DNA of 64,000 nucleotides from NCBI GenBank assembly GCA_016794365.1, contig JAEUKB010000009.1, forward strand, positions 8,355 through 72,354. Direction: 5' to 3'. A program made the position numbers and the translations under genes. Positions within the stretch are counted from its first letter, which is position 1; each line of letters starts with the position of its first letter. This DNA is from Myxococcales bacterium. GTDB taxonomy: Bacteria; Myxococcota_A; Polyangia; Palsa-1104; JAEUJZ01. The notes under the pieces are model-generated. The model did no database searches and was not told where the DNA came from. It saw only the letters and a program-made list of their open reading frames with translations. This document shows positions 58,060 through 64,000 of this stretch, piece after piece.

Positions 58060-59889
58060 TTAGCGCAGGCTGGCTGTGACGCCGCGCAGCATCGCCGCTG
58101 TTCTCTCAAGGACTTGACGCGCATCGATGATGGCGACGCTCTCGCCGCGAATGATGGCGATGCGAGCACGCTCGATGGCGGATCGGGCCCGGCGCATGGC
58201 ATCCAGGCCCAGCTCGCTGCCCGCGACGGCTTGTTCGGCACGAGGCAGCATGCCCAAGATGTCGCTGATGAGCTGCTCGGCGCGGTTCTGATTGCGAGAA
58301 AGTTCGTCGCTGCGCTGGGTTTCCAGCTCGTAGCTGCCCATCGGGCTCTTGCTACCGTCGGTTTCGCTGCTGAGCAGCGAGGCGCTGAGTCGAAAGGTGT
58401 GCTGTTCGCGACGCTGCTCGCGCAAGTCGGTGGCCGTGACGGTCAGATCGCCGTTTTGCGCCGCTGAAAAGCGTACCTCGACCTCGGTGTTTTCGCGCGA
58501 CGCAGCCAGGAAGCCTGAATAGACAAACTCACCGAGGATTTTGCAGTCGCTGGCTTGCTCGCTGTCCCCTTCGACGACAACCAGCCGCAGCGCCGTCTGA
58601 TGATCGCGCGCGGTGGTGAAGATGTGCGCCGCTTCATGGGGAAGCTGCGTTCCCGCCGAGATCAAGCGAAATACTTTGCCACCACCGACGAGAAGACCCA
58701 AGTGATGCGGGCTCAGCTCAAACGTCGTGCTGGCCGACGGTGTCTGCGAAAGTGCGGCACCTTGCAGCGCGGCTCCGATGGCCAGTGCTTCTTCCGGTGT
58801 GACGCCGCCCATCGGAACGCGACCGAACAGCTCGGTCAGGGCTCTTTGAATGCGCGGAACCCGGGCCATTCCACCGACGACAACGACTGCATCGACCGAG
58901 CGTGGCTCGACGCCAGCTTCGGACAGTGCGCCTTTGCAGAGCTGAATGGTTCGCTCGACGAGATCTTCGGTCAGCTCCTCGAACTTGGTGCGATGAATGA
59001 CGCGATGAAGGTGCAGCGGCTCGGATGTTCCCGTCGAGATGATGAACGGAACCTCGATGGTTACTTCTTCATCGACGGACAGATCACACTTGGCCTTTTC
59101 CACTGCGTCGCGAAGTCGCTGAAGCGCTGTGCGATCCTGACGCAGATCGATCTTGTGATCTTTGGCAAAGCCGAACACCAAGTAGTCCAGTAGCCGTCGA
59201 TCGAAGTCCTGTCCGCCGAGGAATGCGTCGCTGGTGCTGGCGCGGATCTCGTGGACACCGCTGCTCATTTCGAGGAGCGCGAAGTCGAAGGTGCCGCCGC
59301 CGAGATCGTAGACAGCGACGCGCTGGGCGCGATGTTCGCTGGTGCCAATGCCATGTGCGAGCGCGGCAGCGATGGGATCGGCAATGATCCGCAAAACTTC
59401 CAGTCCAGCCAGGCGTGCTGCGTCACGTAATGCAATGCGCTGTGCGTCGGAAAATGCCAGCGGTGCGGTCAGAACGGTGCGGCTGACTGGCTGGCCCAGG
59501 TACGCTTCCGCCGCTTTCTTTAGGTCGAGCAGCAGCGCGGCGACCAGTTCGGTGACGGCATACTGTTCGTTGCGCAGGACGACGCGCAGCTCATCGCTTG
59601 GGCCGGACGTGATGCGATACGCGACCATCTCGGAGAGCTGACGGACCTGCGGATGACCGAAGCGCAGCCCGAGCAGTCGCTTGAGTGCCGTCGCGGTGTG
59701 CTCGGCATTGAGAACGCACTGACGGCGAGCCGTCTGTCCAATGATTCGCTGACCTTGATCATCGATGGCCAAGACGGCTGGAAACGCGCGCTGACCGCTG
59801 GGGCCTGGCAGCACCAGTGGGACGCCTCCTTCGACGATGGCCACGCACGAGTTGGTGGTGCCCAGGTCGATGCCGATGACGCGCTCCAT
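58060..59889 (-). CDS. Non-canonical Hsp70-family chaperone (DnaK paralog)
   Basis: Phosphate-1 IGIDLGTTNSCVA and phosphate-2 VYDLGGGTFDFALLE; complete NBD plus SBD-beta; a divergent C-terminal lid; no EEVD. Confidence 0.85.
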   Translation of the reverse strand: MERVIGIDLGTTNSCVAIVEGGVPLVLPGPSGQRAFPAVLAIDDQGQRIIGQTARRQCVLNAEHTATALKRLLGLRFGHPQVRQLSEMVAYRITSGPSDELRVVLRNEQYAVTELVAALLLDLKKAAEAYLGQPVSRTVLTAPLAFSDAQRIALRDAARLAGLEVLRIIADPIAAALAHGIGTSEHRAQRVAVYDLGGGTFDFALLEMSSGVHEIRASTSDAFLGGQDFDRRLLDYLVFGFAKDHKIDLRQDRTALQRLRDAVEKAKCDLSVDEEVTIEVPFIISTGTSEPLHLHRVIHRTKFEELTEDLVERTIQLCKGALSEAGVEPRSVDAVVVVGGMARVPRIQRALTELFGRVPMGGVTPEEALAIGAALQGAALSQTPSASTTFELSPHHLGLLVGGGKVFRLISAGTQLPHEAAHIFTTARDHQTALRLVVVEGDSEQASDCKILGEFVYSGFLAASRENTEVEVRFSAAQNGDLTVTATDLREQRREQHTFRLSASLLSSETDGSKSPMGSYELETQRSDELSRNQNRAEQLISDILGMLPRAEQAVAGSELGLDAMRRARSAIERARIAIIRGESVAIIDARQVLERTAAMLRGVTASLR

Positions 59890-59968
59890 GATCGTAGGTG
59901 TCGTCCGCTAGATAGGGAGAATCCGATTCATAGTACACGACTTCCTTTCGGAAAACGGCGCGCAGTTC

Positions 59969-62900
59969 ATGTTAATAGACAGCCACATGGCAGAAGTTCC
60001 ATCGTCGGTGGGCTCCGCAAGCGCTGCATCCAGCAAGCTGGCGTCCGCTACGGACCCACATCGCACGGAGCCGGGCGCACAGGCTGACGCGACGACGCCA
60101 TCGGTTCGGATGGTCCGCGAGCTGCTTTCCTCGCTTCAGAAGCCGATTGAGGAGCTGTGCGCGCGCGGTCTACCAAACCTTTTGGACCCAGAAGGCGAAG
60201 AGCGGCTGCGGCTGCTTGCTCACCAAATGACGGATTCGGCAAAGGCGCTGGCGACTGCGTTTGAAAAGAAGAGTCAGCGCTCGGGCAGCGATGGCGATCG
60301 GGAACGCTGTCAGAAGATCGCGGCGGATCTGACGCTGCTCGCGCAGCAGACGACGCGGCTGGGCTCGCTTCCTCTCGGAGAGCGTCAGCGTGTGGTTGCG
60401 CTCGGTCAGCGGCTCTGTCTGAGCATTTCGATCTATCTTCCAGAGCATCGGGCGAATCGGGCAGACCGTCATTCGGTGAGTGAAGTGGCTCCATCGCCGC
60501 TGGCGCGTCCGATGCAAGATTCAGCGCTGCGCAGTCCGTCTCGATTCGCGTCCAGACCGACGGCCAAGCCCGCTGTCAAAGTGGAAGCAAACGTCGAAGC
60601 CAAGCCTGCTGGCATCATCGCTGCGTCGGTTCCGTCAAAGGCTGCTGGAAAGTCCGCTGGAACGTCTGGCGACGATGCAGAGGCTGCGCTGGATCCGCTG
60701 CTCGGCCCGCTGCTCGGTCAGCCTGGCGTTGGTCCTGTGACGGCAGAGCGACTGGCGGATAAGGGACTGCATCGCGTCATCGATGCGCTGTACTTTTTGC
60801 CAAAGCGCTACGACGATCTGCGGCAGGTGGTTCCCGTCGGTCAGCTTCAGCCTGGTGTGCTGCAAGCGACGATCGTGCTGGTCGAGCGAACGCGCGTCGT
60901 GTGGGCGAAAAAGCGCTTTTTGGAAGTGCTGTTTCGCGGCGAAGACGGAAGCGAGCTGCTCGCGCGCTGGTTTTACTTCCACGGCGGCTATCAAAAGCGA
61001 CTGCTACCGGGAAAACGATTTTTGCTCTCGGCGACACCCAGCAAGTTTCGCGACAGCTTGCAAGTGACCCATCCCGAGCTGGTCGATTTGCCGCCGCGCA
61101 GTGAACAGCAGCCCGACGGAGTGATGCCCGAAGGCGCTGGTCACATTCGCATTCGCTATCCCGACATCGACGGAGTTCCGGCCAGGCTCGTCGAAAAGCT
61201 CTGTCAAGGACTTTGCAGCCAGTATGCCGAGCTGGTTCCCGATGGTGTGCCCGCGCAGCTTCTCCACCGGCTGAGCCTGCCGCTTTTGGCCCAGACGCTG
61301 CGCGATCTGCATCTTCTGCCCGCCGAGACGACGCCAGAGCTGCTACTGCGACTCAACGAAGGACTGGCTCCGGCGCAGCGTCGGCTGATCTTCGAGGAGC
61401 TGTTCTTTTTACAGCTAGGTCTGCTACGTCGCCGACGAGCGATTGCGGCGGACGATGCGACGGTGTGTCCGACCAGTGATGATTCGCTGTCGTCGCTGTG
61501 GGCGGTATTGCCGTTTTCCCCGACCTCTGCCCAGCAGCGCGCGATTGCCGAGATTCGTGGCGATCTCAGTCAGCCTCACCCGATGCAGCGTCTGCTTCAC
61601 GGCGATGTTGGCTCGGGCAAGACGCTGGTGGCCTACGCGGCGTGTGAGCTGGTGATGGCGAGCGGTCATCAAGCTGCGGTGATGGCTCCGACGGAGATCT
61701 TGGCCGAGCAGCATCACAAGACGCTGCGAGTGTGGGCTTTGGCGACGGGACGTAAGCTGGCGCTACTGACCGCGACGACACCGAAGACGGCGCGCAAGAC
61801 CACGCTGGCGCTGCTTCAAGCGGGACGCTTTGCCGAGGTGTGGCGACTGCACGAGAGCACCGGCCAGCCGCTCGACCGAGAGTCGATCTTGGCGATGCTG
61901 CGCGTCGGGTTTTTGAACATGGTCGTCGGAACGCACGCGCTCATTGCCGATGCAGTCGAGTTTCAAGATCTGGCGCTGGTGGTCATCGACGAGCAGCATC
62001 GCTTTGGTGTCGGTCAGCGTGCCGCGCTGCGACGAAAAGGTCGGCAGCCGCATATCTTGGTGATGACCGCGACGCCGATTCCTCGGACGCTGGCGCTGAC
62101 GCTGTACGGAGACTTGGATGTCAGTCAGCTCGATGAGCTGCCGCCGGGACGAACGCCGCCTGTGACGAAGGTTCTGTCGGGCAAGACCGGCGAGCCGCGT
62201 GCGCTCACCGCCGTGCGCAAAGCTGTTTCGGAAGGTCGTCAGGCCTACTGGGTCTGTCCGCTTATCGAGGACAGTGAAAAGCTAGAGCTATCGAGTGCGA
62301 CGGCGCGACATGCTGCGCTTCAGTCAGCGCTGCCCGAGCTGCGGGTTGGCCTGGTTCACGGACGCTTGGGCAGCGACGAACGAGACGATGTGATGGATCG
62401 CTTCCGTCGCCGAGAGCTGGATGTCTTGGTTGCGACGACGGTGATTGAAGTCGGCGTCGATGTGCCCAATGCCTCGCTGATGGTGATTGAGAGCGCCGAG
62501 CGCTTCGGCCTGGCACAGCTTCATCAGCTTCGCGGTCGCGTCGGTCGAGGCAGCGGCAAGAGCCTGTGTCTGCTTTTGCACGGAAGCGCGCTGTCCGACG
62601 GATCGGGCTCCGTTCATCATGATCCGCTGCTCGATGAAGACGAGCCTGCGCCGAAAAAGCCGAGCAAGCGCCGCAAAGTCAGCGAAGAACCAGCAACGAC
62701 AGCTTCTACCAAACATGCTGCTGCGACGACGGCTCCCTCGGCGGCCCATCGCTTGGAAGTGGTGGCGCAGACCAGCGACGGATTCCGTCTGGCCGAAGCC
62801 GATCTGCGCATTCGCGGTCCGGGCGAAGTGCTGGGCACTCGACAGTCGGGACTGCCGCCGCTGCGCTTTGCGGATCTGCTGCGTGACATCGATCTGCTGA

Positions 62901-63025
62901 CGATTGCTCGTCGAGAAGCCGCTGCTTTGCTGGCGCGCGATCCTGAGCTGGTCCGGCCCGAGCACTCCGTCACAAGTCGCGTGCTGGCGGAGCGCTGGGC
63001 ACACTGCGACCTGACGCTGGAATAG
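59969..63025 (+). CDS. recG: ATP-dependent DNA helicase RecG with long low-complexity N-terminal extension
   Basis: Wedge domain; helicase motif I LLHGDVGSGKTLVA; motif II VIDEQHRFG; motif VI QLHQLRGRVGRG; RecG C-terminal TRG region. An Ala/Ser/Pro-rich extension of ~240 aa precedes the wedge. An alternative start exists at ATG 59987. Confidence 0.85.
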   Translation: MLIDSHMAEVPSSVGSASAASSKLASATDPHRTEPGAQADATTPSVRMVRELLSSLQKPIEELCARGLPNLLDPEGEERLRLLAHQMTDSAKALATAFEKKSQRSGSDGDRERCQKIAADLTLLAQQTTRLGSLPLGERQRVVALGQRLCLSISIYLPEHRANRADRHSVSEVAPSPLARPMQDSALRSPSRFASRPTAKPAVKVEANVEAKPAGIIAASVPSKAAGKSAGTSGDDAEAALDPLLGPLLGQPGVGPVTAERLADKGLHRVIDALYFLPKRYDDLRQVVPVGQLQPGVLQATIVLVERTRVVWAKKRFLEVLFRGEDGSELLARWFYFHGGYQKRLLPGKRFLLSATPSKFRDSLQVTHPELVDLPPRSEQQPDGVMPEGAGHIRIRYPDIDGVPARLVEKLCQGLCSQYAELVPDGVPAQLLHRLSLPLLAQTLRDLHLLPAETTPELLLRLNEGLAPAQRRLIFEELFFLQLGLLRRRRAIAADDATVCPTSDDSLSSLWAVLPFSPTSAQQRAIAEIRGDLSQPHPMQRLLHGDVGSGKTLVAYAACELVMASGHQAAVMAPTEILAEQHHKTLRVWALATGRKLALLTATTPKTARKTTLALLQAGRFAEVWRLHESTGQPLDRESILAMLRVGFLNMVVGTHALIADAVEFQDLALVVIDEQHRFGVGQRAALRRKGRQPHILVMTATPIPRTLALTLYGDLDVSQLDELPPGRTPPVTKVLSGKTGEPRALTAVRKAVSEGRQAYWVCPLIEDSEKLELSSATARHAALQSALPELRVGLVHGRLGSDERDDVMDRFRRRELDVLVATTVIEVGVDVPNASLMVIESAERFGLAQLHQLRGRVGRGSGKSLCLLLHGSALSDGSGSVHHDPLLDEDEPAPKKPSKRRKVSEEPATTASTKHAAATTAPSAAHRLEVVAQTSDGFRLAEADLRIRGPGEVLGTRQSGLPPLRFADLLRDIDLLTIARREAAALLARDPELVRPEHSVTSRVLAERWAHCDLTLE

Positions 63026-63062
63026 CGTAGGCTGGCAAGACCCGGCGTGCTGCGACGATCGA

Positions 63063-63509
63063 CTACAGTCGTGCTGGCGGAGCGTCGTCGTCGTCAAAGC
63101 GATACTGCGACTGTGCGTCGAGCCGCTGATCCGCTGGAATCTGTAGCGTCACCCTCGGTGCATCGAACCACATGCCTTCCAGATCGTAAAACTCACGCAG
63201 CGGATGCTCGAAGACATGGACAACCACGTCGCCAAAGTCGAGCAGTGCCCATCGACCTTCGCGTAGACCTTCCGCCCCGATCAGGCGAACGCCACGCTGC
63301 TGCATGGCCTCGACGACACCATCGGCGACGGCGCGAACCGCTCGATCGGCCTGGGCGGAGACAATCAGCATGTAGTCGGTGTAGCTATCAGACTGGGTGA
63401 GATCGATCAGGACAGGCTCAATGCCTTTTTTGTCGATGGCAGCCTGTGCAGCGACGAGCGCATCCTGTCGATATTTGTCGTCTTGGGCGGAGTTCTTGCG
63501 TGCTGGCAA
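63063..63509 (-). CDS. rsfS: Ribosomal silencing factor RsfS (Iojap family)
   Basis: IDL...TDYMLIVSAQADRAVRAVAD; length and core match RsfS. Confidence 0.8.
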   Translation of the reverse strand: MPARKNSAQDDKYRQDALVAAQAAIDKKGIEPVLIDLTQSDSYTDYMLIVSAQADRAVRAVADGVVEAMQQRGVRLIGAEGLREGRWALLDFGDVVVHVFEHPLREFYDLEGMWFDAPRVTLQIPADQRLDAQSQYRFDDDDAPPARL

Positions 63510-63521
63510 GTCGTTCTTCCT

Positions 63522-64000
63522 CTAGTTCGGTTTTTGACTGACGGTGATAACGGCGGGACCAGACCACTTGCGATCAAAGTTCGCCGTCAATTTCTTAGCG
63601 TAATTCTGAAGCCGAAGTTCGGAAAGCAGCTTATGTGCGCTCTGCGTCACCGCAGTAAGCTCAGGCAGGCTGAGCTGCGTTCCGCTTCGCGCGACCTTGG
63701 TGAACACGTAGCCTGGAAGCGCCAGCGCTGCTTGTCCAACCGCCATCGCGAGCCCGGCCACCGCATCGCTGAGCAGCTCTTTTTCCGTCGAGCGGCACGA
63801 TTCCATCATCGTCTTGTGGACCGTCCGCGCTTGCTCTGCCGACAGGCTCTGGCCCATGTGATACGTCGAAAGATAGTGATCGAGCAGCGTTCCGACCTCG
63901 AACGCGCGAAAGCCAGCTTCGACACCGTTTAGGATCTGCAAGCCTGTGAACAGCCGACGGAGCTGCTTTTGCTTGCGCAGCAAGGTTCCCATTCGGCTGA
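63522..64000 (-). CDS. Hypothetical protein, probably N-terminally truncated by the window edge
   Basis: The reading frame stays open upstream of the annotated Met to position 64000. No motif recognised. Confidence 0.3.
   Translation of the reverse strand, partial: SRMGTLLRKQKQLRRLFTGLQILNGVEAGFRAFEVGTLLDHYLSTYHMGQSLSAEQARTVHKTMMESCRSTEKELLSDAVAGLAMAVGQAALALPGYVFTKVARSGTQLSLPELTAVTQSAHKLLSELRLQNYAKKLTANFDRKWSGPAVITVSQKPN

Overview
This 64 kb window is a very GC-rich (roughly two-thirds G+C) bacterial chromosomal segment that is densely packed with genes. Lipoproteins with L-A/L-G-C lipoboxes, a sigma-54 enhancer-binding regulator, a non-canonical Hsp70 paralog, an FeS-type bacterial cryptochrome/photolyase and a 2918-aa protein all point to a Myxococcota-like (deltaproteobacterial) genome; this taxonomic call is an inference. 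I can support about 50 coding sequences, one tRNA-Arg(UCG), two tandem-repeat arrays and a few hairpins. I found no integrase, no transposase and no CRISPR array.

Housekeeping genes include GH2 beta-mannosidase (partial), prmA, a ygfZ-like gene, speA, lgt, lspA, dinB, ino1, hflX, recG and rsfS. These are interleaved with secreted or lipoprotein genes of unknown function.

The strongest candidate for an undescribed system is a minus-strand operon at 48.0-59.9 kb. It encodes a non-canonical Hsp70, then a DAGK-family lipid kinase, then a 2918-aa protein with an N-terminal FG-GAP/beta-propeller region, a second WD40-like propeller, a long helical region and a C-terminal ORC/PF01637-type P-loop ATPase. 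An orphan methylmalonyl-CoA-mutase-family catalytic subunit without a B12 domain lies 32 bp downstream.

Other items worth follow-up:
- dinB followed by two tandem HTH-WYL (PafB/PafC-like) regulators in one operon, with an alternative sigma factor and a RelA/SpoT-like nucleotidyltransferase-fold protein upstream.
- An ATP-grasp enzyme fused to a low-molecular-weight protein tyrosine phosphatase.
- An XRE-type HTH fused to an EgtD-like (Methyltransf_33) domain.
- A six-unit 43-bp-period repeat array immediately upstream of the sigma-54 activator gene.
- An AT-rich 22-bp x4.5 tandem repeat between convergent genes.

All domain calls come from motifs read directly in the translations; no database searches were run.
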